Below, piece after piece: positions 15,991-24,623 of a stretch of 27,512 nt of DNA. The notes beneath the pieces are model-generated. The model made no database searches and had not been told where the DNA came from. It saw only the letters and a list, made by a program, of their open reading frames with translations. Position numbers and translations under genes: made by a program. Source of the DNA: a bacterium (GTDB lineage Bacteria; UBA10199; 2-02-FULL-44-16; DYJF01); contig JBGSNL010000051.1 of the NCBI GenBank assembly GCA_041739675.1, forward strand, positions 1 to 27,512, in the 5' to 3' direction. How positions within the stretch are numbered: the stretch's first letter is position 1; the number at the start of each line of letters is the position of its first letter.

Positions 15991-16017
15991 TTATCGGCAA
16001 ATCCGTCAAAAAGTTTC
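15991..16017 (-). promoter_or_regulatory. Sigma28(FliA)-type promoter
   Basis: GAAACTTT-N11-GCCGATAA, against the consensus TAAAGTTT-N11-GCCGATAA. Confidence 0.55.
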
Positions 16018-16030
16018 GTCCTTTATGGGA

Positions 16031-16060
16031 TTGACTAAGATTAAAAAAGGTTTATAAGAT
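16031..16060 (+). promoter_or_regulatory. Sigma70-type promoter for ACT-menA
   Basis: TTGACT-N18-TAAGAT, followed by AAGGAGG and ATG 16084. Confidence 0.5.
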
Positions 16061-16083
16061 CAAGGCCTTACAAAGGAGGGAGT

Positions 16084-16479
16084 ATGACACGCGTATTTCA
16101 GGCCAGGGAAATTTACGTTAGCACGACCGATGAAACGGGTATGTTGGCCCGGATCACCTCCCCCATAGCGGAGGCGAGAGTCAACGTAAACGCATGCTGC
16201 GCCGTTGCAGAGAAGAAAAATGCCTCTTTCCATTTTTTGACCTCCGACAATTCCAAGGCCATTGCCGCACTTTCAAAGGCGGGCTTCAAGCCGGCCGAAC
16301 GGGATGTCGTGGTCGTGGAGACGACCAACGAAATCGGCACCCTTGCCAAGGCCGCAAGCCAGCTGGCGGAGGCCAAGGTGAATCTCGACAGCTGCTATGC
16401 CACTGCCGGGAAGAACGGCAACACGTGGATCGTGTTTGGAACTTCGACTATCGAGAAGGCGCTGAACGCGATCTCATAA
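16084..16479 (+). CDS. Tandem ACT-domain protein
   Basis: Two repeats of the ACT pattern (DETGMLARITSPIAEARVNV; NEIGTLAKAASQLAEAKVNL); strong RBS. Confidence 0.85.
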   Translation: MTRVFQAREIYVSTTDETGMLARITSPIAEARVNVNACCAVAEKKNASFHFLTSDNSKAIAALSKAGFKPAERDVVVVETTNEIGTLAKAASQLAEAKVNLDSCYATAGKNGNTWIVFGTSTIEKALNAIS

Positions 16480-16495
16480 ACGCGGCTGCCGTATC

Positions 16496-17410
16496 ATGAA
16501 AAAAATCAAATCCTACCTGATGGAACTTCGTGCGCCCTTTTTTACAGGATCAATCGTTCCGGTGGTCCTGGGAAGTGTCATGGCGTGGAGCCATACTGCA
16601 AGGTTCGACTGGCCGCTGTTTTTTTTGACCCTTATCGGCGCTGTCGCAATCCACGCAGGATCGAACGTGATGAACGACTACTACGATCACAAGAGCGGAA
16701 ATGACGGCGCAAATACGGAGTTTGTGAGTCCGTTCACGGGCGGCTCGCGCATGATACCGGAGGGGCGCCTCACTCCGCGCGAGGTTTTTGTCGAAGGAAT
16801 TATCTGTTACGTTTTGGGGGCCGCCATCGGAGTGTGGCTGGCCTACGAAAGAGGACTTCCCATCCTTTATATAGGTCTCATCGGAGTGGCGACGAGCTTT
16901 TTCTACACGGCGCCCCCTTTCAAGTTTGTGCATCACGGCATCGGCGAAATCTTCATAGCGCTTAACTTCGGGGCGCTCACCGTGCTCGGTTCATATTATG
17001 TGCAGGCGCAAACTTTGTCGTGGGTTCCCGTTATCGCTTCCATCCCCGTGGCGCTTCTCATCATGCTCATCCTCTATATAAATGAATTTCAGGATTACAA
17101 CGCGGACAGGTCCGTGGGAAAAAATCACTGGGTCGTGCGGCTTGGGCGCCAAAAGGCGTCCATCGGATATGCGCTTTTCCTGGCGGCGACGTATCTTTCC
17201 GTTGTCGTTGCGGTTGTCGTGAAGGCCCTCCCCGTCTGGTCGCTCGCTTCTCTTCTGACTTTTCCGATCGCGGTTAAAGCGGTCAGGGTTGCGCGCACAA
17301 ACTATGACAGTCCGCAAAAATTGGCGCCAGCCAATGCAATTACGATTCAGCTTCACGCCATCATCGGATTTATTCTCTCTGCAAGTTTTCTTGTGCCGTG
17401 GCGGATATGA
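16496..17410 (+). CDS. menA: 1,4-dihydroxy-2-naphthoate prenyltransferase (UbiA family)
   Basis: LRAPF, NVMNDYYD, FTGGSR, FYTAPP, GIGE, INEFQDYNADRSVGK; multiple TM helices. Confidence 0.88.
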   Translation: MKKIKSYLMELRAPFFTGSIVPVVLGSVMAWSHTARFDWPLFFLTLIGAVAIHAGSNVMNDYYDHKSGNDGANTEFVSPFTGGSRMIPEGRLTPREVFVEGIICYVLGAAIGVWLAYERGLPILYIGLIGVATSFFYTAPPFKFVHHGIGEIFIALNFGALTVLGSYYVQAQTLSWVPVIASIPVALLIMLILYINEFQDYNADRSVGKNHWVVRLGRQKASIGYALFLAATYLSVVVAVVVKALPVWSLASLLTFPIAVKAVRVARTNYDSPQKLAPANAITIQLHAIIGFILSASFLVPWRI

Positions 17411-17412
17411 AA

Positions 17413-18105
17413 CTATTTAAACGCCTTATGGATTGCGGCGGCCCCGAAGACCATCTTTTCGTATAGCACCCTTGAAAAACCCGCTTCGATCATGATCGAG
17501 GCAAGTTCCTTCGCATTGTAAAATCGCGGAATGGTTTGCGAAAGATACGTGTAACCGGCCTTTGAACCGGAGATGAGTTCGCCAATAGGCCTCACCAAAA
17601 GCCCGATGTACGCATGAAACAGTTTTCTCACAAATTTCGAATCGGGCTGGCTTGTTTCAAGGTTCACGAACCTTCCGCCTTTTTTCAGGACGCGGCAGAA
17701 TTCCTTGAAACATCGGACGAGATTTTCGCGGTTCACGTTGAGATTGCGCGTGGCAAATGAGATCGTGATGAGATCGAAGGTCCCATCGGGGAAGGGGAGG
17801 AACGCGGCGTCGGTCAGCGCGAAAAAAATTCCTTTTGCCTCACGCTTGAGCGTCGCCCTCTGAAGCATCGGAAAGCAGAAATCCGCGGACAGGACCGTTG
17901 TCCCCTCAGGGGCTATTTTTCTGAGATACGCTGCGGTCTCGCCCGTACCGCTGCAGATGTCCATCCACATTGAACCGCCGCCCTCGGCAGCCATGCGGAC
18001 GGCTTTTTTGCGCCACAGGATATCCATCCCCAGCGTGAGGATGTGATTGGTGAGCTCGTAAGTCTTGGGGACCTCTTCAAATATCTTTTGGACCGGGCTT
18101 TTCAT
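17413..18105 (-). CDS. menG: Demethylmenaquinone methyltransferase (MenG/UbiE family)
   Basis: YELTNHILTLGMDILWRK, DICSGTGE, LPFPDGTFD.ITISFATRN, RVLKKGG, YTYLSQTI. Confidence 0.82.
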   Translation of the reverse strand: MKSPVQKIFEEVPKTYELTNHILTLGMDILWRKKAVRMAAEGGGSMWMDICSGTGETAAYLRKIAPEGTTVLSADFCFPMLQRATLKREAKGIFFALTDAAFLPFPDGTFDLITISFATRNLNVNRENLVRCFKEFCRVLKKGGRFVNLETSQPDSKFVRKLFHAYIGLLVRPIGELISGSKAGYTYLSQTIPRFYNAKELASIMIEAGFSRVLYEKMVFGAAAIHKAFK

Positions 18106-18833
18106 TTCGTTTTTTCCGCGAGTTTTTTCAAGGTCTTCTCGAACGCCTTGTTCGCCTCTCTTTTATAATCCTCAGCGGAGAAGAGCTCCATGGCAATCGT
18201 GTCCAGCGTCTCCTCGAAAATCATCCCTTCGTTTATGAACTCCTGGCCGGCTTTTTTCACGGCGTTTGAAATGTCGCGCGTCTTGAAAGGATGGTACATC
18301 TTCGCGGCGTCCAGCGCCGGCGCCGCAGGGCGCAGCACCGCGCCCGCAAATTTCGCATTCATGTTCTTGCATATCGCTTTGATATGATGGACCAGCGGAT
18401 CGAAATTATCCATCTCCGGAAAACCGCAGACCGAAACAAGGGCGACCCTGTTCGCTTTTTTTTGCCTGCCGGGATGACGGATGTGTCCCTCTCTCACTTC
18501 AAAGAAGGGCTCGGCCGTGGGGACAAGTCTGTCGATGAAGTTTTTCATAAGACCCGTCATCCCGTCCACATATACCGGCGATGCAAAAACGACGGCTTCC
18601 GCCACATTATACAGTGATATGATTTCGCCCATGTCATCTTTGTGTATGCATTCGCCCGGTGTTTTGAACCAGCACGCAAGCTCGCCAGTGCAGTGATGGA
18701 TTTTTTTGTGTGCGAGATGAACGGTCGTGACCTCCGCGCCGGCCTCTTCCATCCCCTTGTTGAACTTTTCAAGCATCCACCATGTTTTGCCATGGGTTTC
18801 CGTAGGACTTCCGTTGATCGCAAGAACTTTCAT
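18102..18833 (-). CDS. Flavodoxin-fold iron-sulfur flavoprotein / NADPH-dependent FMN reductase family
   Basis: MKVLAINGSP, CTGELACW...CIHKDDM, FASPVY, MKNFIDR. AGAGG RBS before ATG 18833; 4-bp overlap with menG. Confidence 0.85.
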   Translation of the reverse strand: MKVLAINGSPTETHGKTWWMLEKFNKGMEEAGAEVTTVHLAHKKIHHCTGELACWFKTPGECIHKDDMGEIISLYNVAEAVVFASPVYVDGMTGLMKNFIDRLVPTAEPFFEVREGHIRHPGRQKKANRVALVSVCGFPEMDNFDPLVHHIKAICKNMNAKFAGAVLRPAAPALDAAKMYHPFKTRDISNAVKKAGQEFINEGMIFEETLDTIAMELFSAEDYKREANKAFEKTLKKLAEKTK

Positions 18834-18934
18834 AAGACCTCTTTTCATCGTTTTGTTTTGGGGTCTATTTTATGGCTGGGTCGAATAAATTATGATAAGA
18901 TTCGGCGCTAAAGGTCAATAGCCGAAGGGGGGGT

Positions 18935-20863
18935 ATGAAAAAATTATTTTCGATCGTAGCGCTTTTGGCGCTGGCTGGCTGCGTCGGCAGTTCGTCGGGA
19001 CCGGTTGTACTGGTAGTCGATCCGCCGTCGGGCAGCACAACCGGCGGTACGGCAATCGTCATAACAGGAGAATCTTTCAACGACGGTTCGACCGTGACGA
19101 TCGGCGGTAGTCCAGCAACAGACGTCGTCTGGGTCGACGCAAACACGCTGAATGCCGTGACACCCGCAGGTGTTACGGGCGCCGCAGATGTGACGGTCGT
19201 ATGGCCCGCCGGTAACAGCGGAACGCTTGCAGGGGGGTTCACCTACACGACTCCCACACTCACGATCAATATCGTAGATGAATCTGACGTCCCCATTGCG
19301 GGCGCATTCGTCATGCTGGGGCTGGATCCCGCAACTGAATTTCAGGGCACAACCGACGCGAACGGGCAGATAGCTTTCACGGCGGACGGCGTAGATATGG
19401 CCCAGACAATCACTGCCGGAAAAGCGGGATACAGGAATCTCACTGTGGTTGGTTCGACGGCGCCTGAAGTTTTCATTTCGCTCACGCTTTTGGAAAAACC
19501 GCATGGATATATAAGTGCGAGTGTTGATCCCGCCACATGGGCGCCTATACCTCCTGATAACTGTCCTGCGCCTCCTGCGCCGCCTTGCATATTGAGGGTT
19601 GCGTGGGCGTCGGTGCCTTCCAAAGGTCTGGGAGAATCGATAGATGTTACCGATTGCCCCGCTTGTCTTTCACATTCTCCGTTCATTGTCCCTCTGTCCG
19701 GTCAGCCGCTGGAGCTCCCGGCGTTTTTTGATCAGACAAAAATTTTTGCAGTCGCGGGTCTTCTGGATCTCATTAATTTCACGTTAGTAGCTTCGAAATT
19801 CGGCACGGCTTCCTTTGCAGTCGATTCGACTAATGACGCCGCCCATCCGTTAGATGTCGCGATCCCGCTCACGATGGATGTGAATGACACGACTGCAGTG
19901 ACCATAAGCCTTGTGGGTCTTCTCCCTGATGCGGGCGAGAGTCTCGCCATGTTTCTTGCCATTGATTCCCCGCTTTTTGGATTACCACCGCTGGGGGGAG
20001 TCGTGGGAAATATAGCCCTCGGTGCCACCAAGATATCGGATTATTCCTACAGCATAAGAGGTTTGATACCGGCCCAGGTTGCGGCAAACCCCGATCTGGC
20101 CGGATCGTCTTACGGCATCCAAGCCGGCTTTCAGGGAACGGACACGATGCGCCTCTCACTCACGGAAAGCCCTTTTATAGACAGCACACAGTCAATTCAG
20201 ATAACGAGCCTGCTTGGTATCCCGACATGGCTCGCTCCGCAAAGCGACGATCTCCTGGATCAGCCCATCGGATACGATTTTTCGTGGCAGCCGGTGGACG
20301 GTCTCACGATGTCTGTAATAGATTTCAACATGCCCTATTTCAACGGCACGGAAGTAGACACGAAGACGATATGGGAAGCCCTCTTGCCGGCCGGCACGAC
20401 CGATTTACAGCTTCCGGTTCTTCCCGATGCGACGCTGCCCGGCTTCGAGGCCTGCAGCGCATATAGCATAGATTCGAGTGCCATATCTCTGACCGGCTTC
20501 TCATATTCAAGCGGCAATTTTGTGAACCTTGACCGGCTTATGCTGGAAAACATGCCTACTTTGCTTTCGAACAATGCGATCACGATATTCACGTCCGGAA
20601 CAGGTTGCGGCCCGATCATAACAAATGAGGATACGATGGGAGGAGGCGCCGGAAGCCCTGTGACGATTACCGGAAAATATTTCGGCGACATACAGGGTGC
20701 TAGCACCATGACCTTCGGCGCCAATGTCGCCGCGGTCACTTCGTGGTCGGATACGTCGATCGGTGTGACGGTGCCCGCGGGTTGCGCAGGCGCCGGAGTT
20801 GTGAAGGTCAATGCCACAGTGGGAGGGCAGATAAGCAACGACGCATATTTCGAGTGCCAGTGA
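18935..20863 (+). CDS. Lipoprotein with N- and C-terminal IPT/TIG (Ig-like) domains
   Basis: Lipobox LALAG-C; VDPPSGSTTGGTAIVITGESF...GFTY; GSPVTITGKYFG...VTSWSDTSI.VTVP; prealbumin-like segment (PIAGAFV...GTTDANG). Confidence 0.8.
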   Translation: MKKLFSIVALLALAGCVGSSSGPVVLVVDPPSGSTTGGTAIVITGESFNDGSTVTIGGSPATDVVWVDANTLNAVTPAGVTGAADVTVVWPAGNSGTLAGGFTYTTPTLTINIVDESDVPIAGAFVMLGLDPATEFQGTTDANGQIAFTADGVDMAQTITAGKAGYRNLTVVGSTAPEVFISLTLLEKPHGYISASVDPATWAPIPPDNCPAPPAPPCILRVAWASVPSKGLGESIDVTDCPACLSHSPFIVPLSGQPLELPAFFDQTKIFAVAGLLDLINFTLVASKFGTASFAVDSTNDAAHPLDVAIPLTMDVNDTTAVTISLVGLLPDAGESLAMFLAIDSPLFGLPPLGGVVGNIALGATKISDYSYSIRGLIPAQVAANPDLAGSSYGIQAGFQGTDTMRLSLTESPFIDSTQSIQITSLLGIPTWLAPQSDDLLDQPIGYDFSWQPVDGLTMSVIDFNMPYFNGTEVDTKTIWEALLPAGTTDLQLPVLPDATLPGFEACSAYSIDSSAISLTGFSYSSGNFVNLDRLMLENMPTLLSNNAITIFTSGTGCGPIITNEDTMGGGAGSPVTITGKYFGDIQGASTMTFGANVAAVTSWSDTSIGVTVPAGCAGAGVVKVNATVGGQISNDAYFECQ

Positions 20864-20865
20864 AG

Positions 20866-21771
20866 TTATTTCTTCGTGTACGGTTCGGGGTGAACCGTGA
20901 CGTCCGAATTTGGAAACATCGCCTGTATCTTTTTTTCTATTTCCTCAGTGAGGATGTGCGCCTGCCGGAGTGTCTGGTCTCCATCCATGAGGACGTGAAT
21001 ATCCAGGAAGAGAGTCGATCCGATATAGCGCATGCGCACGTTGTGGCAGTCGATAACACCGGGAATCGCTTCCACGGCCGCCACGATCTCCGCATCCATC
21101 CCGTCGGGGGCGGCATCGATCAGCGCGTTGATCGTTCGGCGGCCGAGCCTGATGCTCACATAGACAACTATCAATGCGACGATGAGCGCCGCAACCGCGT
21201 CTGCGTGGTGCAAAAACTCAAGTGAAGGGACACGCTTGCCTACCATCACGCACACGAGCCCGAGAATGACGACGGCGGAGCTCCAGATGTCTGTCGAGAA
21301 GTGGAGCGCGTCCGCCTCAAGCGCCTGGCTGTTGTATTTCTTTGCCGTGCGATAAAGCACGCGCGAACGCGACGCATCTATAATTATCGACACCGCCATG
21401 ACCGCAAAGGACCAGTAAGTGACCTCCACGGGGATGAAATGGAAAAAGAGGCGGTCTACACCTTCATAGATGATCCATCCGCAAGTGACTAAAAGCAGCA
21501 CCGTTTCAAAAAGCGCTGAAAGATTTTCCACCTTGCCGTGGCCGTATTTGTGATGGAGGTCGGCAGGTTTGCCCGATATCTTGATTGCCAAAAGGGTCAT
21601 CGCGGCGGCGACAAGGTCGAGGCCTGAATGAGCCGCTTCCGCTAAAATTCCCAAGCTGCCGGTGGCCAGACCCACCACGATCTTGAACGCGGTCAGCCCC
21701 ACGGCCGCGATGACTGACGAGAGAGCCGCGTTGCGTTTTTCACAGTATCCGTTTTCTTTGGTGTGATTCAT
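20866..21771 (-). CDS. Cation diffusion facilitator (FieF-like) transporter
   Basis: SLGILAEAAHSGLD, KPAD..H.YGHGKVE, ALEADALHFSTD, HNVRMR, VTVHPEP. Confidence 0.92.
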   Translation of the reverse strand: MNHTKENGYCEKRNAALSSVIAAVGLTAFKIVVGLATGSLGILAEAAHSGLDLVAAAMTLLAIKISGKPADLHHKYGHGKVENLSALFETVLLLVTCGWIIYEGVDRLFFHFIPVEVTYWSFAVMAVSIIIDASRSRVLYRTAKKYNSQALEADALHFSTDIWSSAVVILGLVCVMVGKRVPSLEFLHHADAVAALIVALIVVYVSIRLGRRTINALIDAAPDGMDAEIVAAVEAIPGVIDCHNVRMRYIGSTLFLDIHVLMDGDQTLRQAHILTEEIEKKIQAMFPNSDVTVHPEPYTKK

Positions 21772-21831
21772 TGGCCGCCGTCATTAGATCACGGTTTTAC
21801 GGCGAAAACAATGTCAGAAAGCTGGATTGGT

Positions 21832-21908
21832 TGGCGCTCCCAGGGGGATTCGAACCCCCGATCTTTGCCTTGAGAGGGCAATGTCCTAGGCCGCTAGACG
21901 ATGGGAGC
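21832..21908 (-). tRNA. tRNA-Glu (anticodon CTC)
   Basis: GCTCCCA/TGGGAGC acceptor stem, TTGCC-CTCTCAA-GGCAA anticodon arm, GGGGG-TTCGAAT-CCCCC T arm, encoded CCA. Confidence 0.95.
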
Positions 21909-22019
21909 CAATTGCCCCGTGCCCCTAGCAAATTTACAGACGAGAGGCAAGACCTAATGAGACCCGCCGCCGCAAGGCGGCTTGTTCCGACCGAAGAGGG
22001 CACCATCGCCCCATTAATG

Positions 22020-23828
22020 TCACTCCCACTGTTTTCCGGGTTTTGCCCAATCTTTTTTGTCGGCGCTGCCTTTGGCCCATTTTTCCGCGAAATCGTACGT
22101 CAGATGGTGTTCGTCGAACATCTGATCGCCTGGCACACTGAACGTGTTATTTTCCGTCGGATCATAACTCAAAGGCGGCTCCTTCGAATCGGGAATGAAA
22201 TCTTCGTCGCGGTCGCGCATCGCTTCGGAGGCGTCTCGCTGCTTGTTGTTGTTTGCATCGTAAAATCCGCCTTTTGGATAACCCCCGGTCGGGTTCCACC
22301 AATCCTGCCAGTGTTTTTTGTGGGTTGCTTCATGGCGCACCATGACAGCAAACGTGTCTATGCCTTCCCATGAAAGAGTCGTGTTGAGTAGACCCTCCAT
22401 ATAAAAATTCGTGGAAGGGTGGCCTGCATATCCGTTGTCGTACTTGTGAAAATCGCAGAGATAAATGAAATCTTTTCCGACGAGAAGGGGCTGGCTCATA
22501 GGATCGCTTGGGACGGAGAGTTTCGTATCTCTAGGATGATAGCCCAGCCATTTCGGATTCTCGCCGCATTCCAACTCCCTGTTTTTGAAAAAAACGTCCT
22601 GCTTGTTCACCTGCCCGAACCCGGCCGGTGTTTGCAGCCAATAGTAGTAATAGTTGGGGACGTCGCCGGCGGGATTATTTTTTTCGTCCCTCGGGAAAAA
22701 GAGCAGCACTTCTCGTTTATCGCTTGCCACGCCGCACTTGCTTCCCACGTTCACACTCGCCGTTATCGCGGTCGGGCCGAAATCGGAGTTCTTTTCGGGA
22801 AGGCCTTCATAGGTGATTTTTATTTTCTTTCCCTTTCTCGTTTCCGGTTCGTAAGTTACGTGCGAACCGGTCTTTTCGGGGGCACTCCATGTTATCTCTT
22901 CCAAAAGTTCGGGAGGAAAATCTGCTTCGGCGACAGCCTCCGCTTCAATCGTAACCTTTCCCGGATTTCCGCTTGAGAAGAGATATTTTTTGTTCGCTTC
23001 CGGTGCGGCTATCGTGAAGGGTGTAGGGCATTTGGGATCGAAAGATATGCGCATCGAGAGGTTACCTTCATGATGTGTGGGCGTTTCATCGACCTTTTCG
23101 TTGTGTTTCCAGCTTATCTGTTTTGAGTAGGTTTTCTTTTTTCTCATCGCATCGAGCAGCTCGCCGTATTTAATTGGCGATTCGTCAAAGAGCGAAAGGT
23201 TGTCTATATCCACCATCGGCGGCCGCCAGTACGAATCCTTGTGTTTATAGAATTCAAAATGGGGCGGAATGATGGAGATCGCTTCGGGAATTTCCTCCTC
23301 GTGAGTTATGACAGTCGGGTAGCCATATTGCAGTGCCCCCGTGCTGGAACCGGCCGCATTGTGAGCTTTCACGCTCCCCGTCCCATAAGGCGTCCACATA
23401 TCGCAGACAGCATCATAGCTGTGATTGCAGCCTTCGCCAGAGGATTTGAGCGAGGCGAGCCTGTCGTCGCCTGAATACGCCTTGCCATTTGCCACGATCA
23501 CGAACTCTTCGCGGTCGGTCCTGTACCAGAGCTCGCCCGGATAATTTTCAGCCGCCTCCATATCATAAAAGTTGTGATCGATGGTCTTGTAGTGATTCGT
23601 CCACTTCATGTTGATCTCGACCGGCACGCACTTGTCGGCTTTTCTGAATTCATGGCCGATTATCAACGCAATGGGGGTCGATGCGGGAATTGCCATGGCA
23701 TCGAATTTCTTTTTCGTTGTCTCGCAAGGGACCAGTTTGAAGGCGAAAGCGGTTTCCGAAAAAATAGCCATAAAGAGTGCCGCGATCGTCAACATGACGA
23801 GAGTGCGCCCAATCTTTAATGCGGTCAT
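22020..23828 (-). CDS. Secreted 602-aa hypothetical protein, possible zincin metallopeptidase
   Basis: Signal peptide ending in AFA; AAGGAG RBS; VRHEATH (HExxH); DRDEDFIPDSKE and DANNNKQRD calcium-loop-like motifs; several Cys. Confidence 0.7.
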   Translation of the reverse strand: MTALKIGRTLVMLTIAALFMAIFSETAFAFKLVPCETTKKKFDAMAIPASTPIALIIGHEFRKADKCVPVEINMKWTNHYKTIDHNFYDMEAAENYPGELWYRTDREEFVIVANGKAYSGDDRLASLKSSGEGCNHSYDAVCDMWTPYGTGSVKAHNAAGSSTGALQYGYPTVITHEEEIPEAISIIPPHFEFYKHKDSYWRPPMVDIDNLSLFDESPIKYGELLDAMRKKKTYSKQISWKHNEKVDETPTHHEGNLSMRISFDPKCPTPFTIAAPEANKKYLFSSGNPGKVTIEAEAVAEADFPPELLEEITWSAPEKTGSHVTYEPETRKGKKIKITYEGLPEKNSDFGPTAITASVNVGSKCGVASDKREVLLFFPRDEKNNPAGDVPNYYYYWLQTPAGFGQVNKQDVFFKNRELECGENPKWLGYHPRDTKLSVPSDPMSQPLLVGKDFIYLCDFHKYDNGYAGHPSTNFYMEGLLNTTLSWEGIDTFAVMVRHEATHKKHWQDWWNPTGGYPKGGFYDANNNKQRDASEAMRDRDEDFIPDSKEPPLSYDPTENNTFSVPGDQMFDEHHLTYDFAEKWAKGSADKKDWAKPGKQWE

Positions 23829-23845
23829 AGCTTCATCTCCTTATG

Positions 23846-24565
23846 TCAGAACTTGAAATTCCATTCTTTTCGGGAATACTTCGTCAACGTCAGTTCACGT
23901 ATTCTCTCATGAGGCACGTCGTCAAGAGCGGAATGCGCCATCCACGCCTTTGCCATCGCCTCTTTTATCCGCGCCGGATTTGTTCCCAGATTGATCAGGA
24001 AATCACTATGCGGGCGGTTTTTGCGATAGCGCGGCTGACGGTCCGGAATCTCAAGAGCTTTTTCAATCATCTTGAGCTTGGCCGAGACAAGAAACGATCC
24101 CTGAAAGAGAATACGGTTTTTTTCGCGACGCTGCGAATTTCCCGAAAATTTCATATCGCCCAAAGCGAGATCCGATATCCCCTGGATAGCAACCTCTCGG
24201 CCGATAACGGCCTCGAGCGCTTCCTTGTGTTTCGAGAGGACGTATGAGTTGGCCTCTGAGATAGTTGAGAGCCTGTGGTTTTTGCCGGTATTCAATATCA
24301 ACGTGAAGTTTAGACACCCGGGCCCCTGAAGAACCGTTCCTCCGCCGGAGATCCTTCTCAGTATCGGGATGTTATGTTTTCTGCAAAAGGCGCAATTGAC
24401 GTCGAAGCGGAACCTGCGGGAGTACCCCAAAACGACGAAAAAAACGTCCGGCTCCCAGAAGCGCAGTATCTCGTCCGGCGGGTTTGCTTCTGAAGAGGCG
24501 AGAAGCGCCTCGTCGCAGGCAAGATTTTCCTCAGGAGTTTTGAAAGTCAGATCCAAAATCTTCAT
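23846..24565 (-). CDS. Lipoate-protein ligase A family protein (catalytic domain only)
   Basis: NLACDEALL, LRFWE, VVLG, RRISGGGTV, KFSGNSQ; divergent from aceEF. Confidence 0.88.
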   Translation of the reverse strand: MKILDLTFKTPEENLACDEALLASSEANPPDEILRFWEPDVFFVVLGYSRRFRFDVNCAFCRKHNIPILRRISGGGTVLQGPGCLNFTLILNTGKNHRLSTISEANSYVLSKHKEALEAVIGREVAIQGISDLALGDMKFSGNSQRREKNRILFQGSFLVSAKLKMIEKALEIPDRQPRYRKNRPHSDFLINLGTNPARIKEAMAKAWMAHSALDDVPHERIRELTLTKYSRKEWNFKF

Positions 24566-24566
24566 T

Positions 24567-24595
24567 TTGATCAATTCCACAAAGTAGTGTAGTAT
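24567..24595 (+). promoter_or_regulatory. Sigma70-type promoter for aceEF
   Basis: TTGATC-N17-TAGTAT, then AAAGGGA and ATG 24624. Confidence 0.5.
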
Positions 24596-24623
24596 TGCGC
24601 GGTTTATTTTGAAAGGGAATCTT

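Noticed and set aside
21966..21981. GCCGCC-GCAA-GGCGGC hairpin as a terminator for the 602-aa gene
   Set aside because: There is no U-tract on the minus strand, so a function cannot be supported.
21771..22373. 200-aa + strand ORF and 69-aa - strand ORF over the tRNA
   Set aside because: They overlap a clear tRNA and the antisense of a real gene, so they are spurious.
18935..23828. Genomic island integrated at tRNA-Glu
   Set aside because: No integrase, and no convincing duplication of the tRNA 3' end. The short GGGAGCGCCA match near 4923 lies inside porB and is probably chance.
24200..24207. Third GCCGATAA box
   Set aside because: It is inside the ligase CDS, has no matching -35 box and no nearby start, so it is likely chance.
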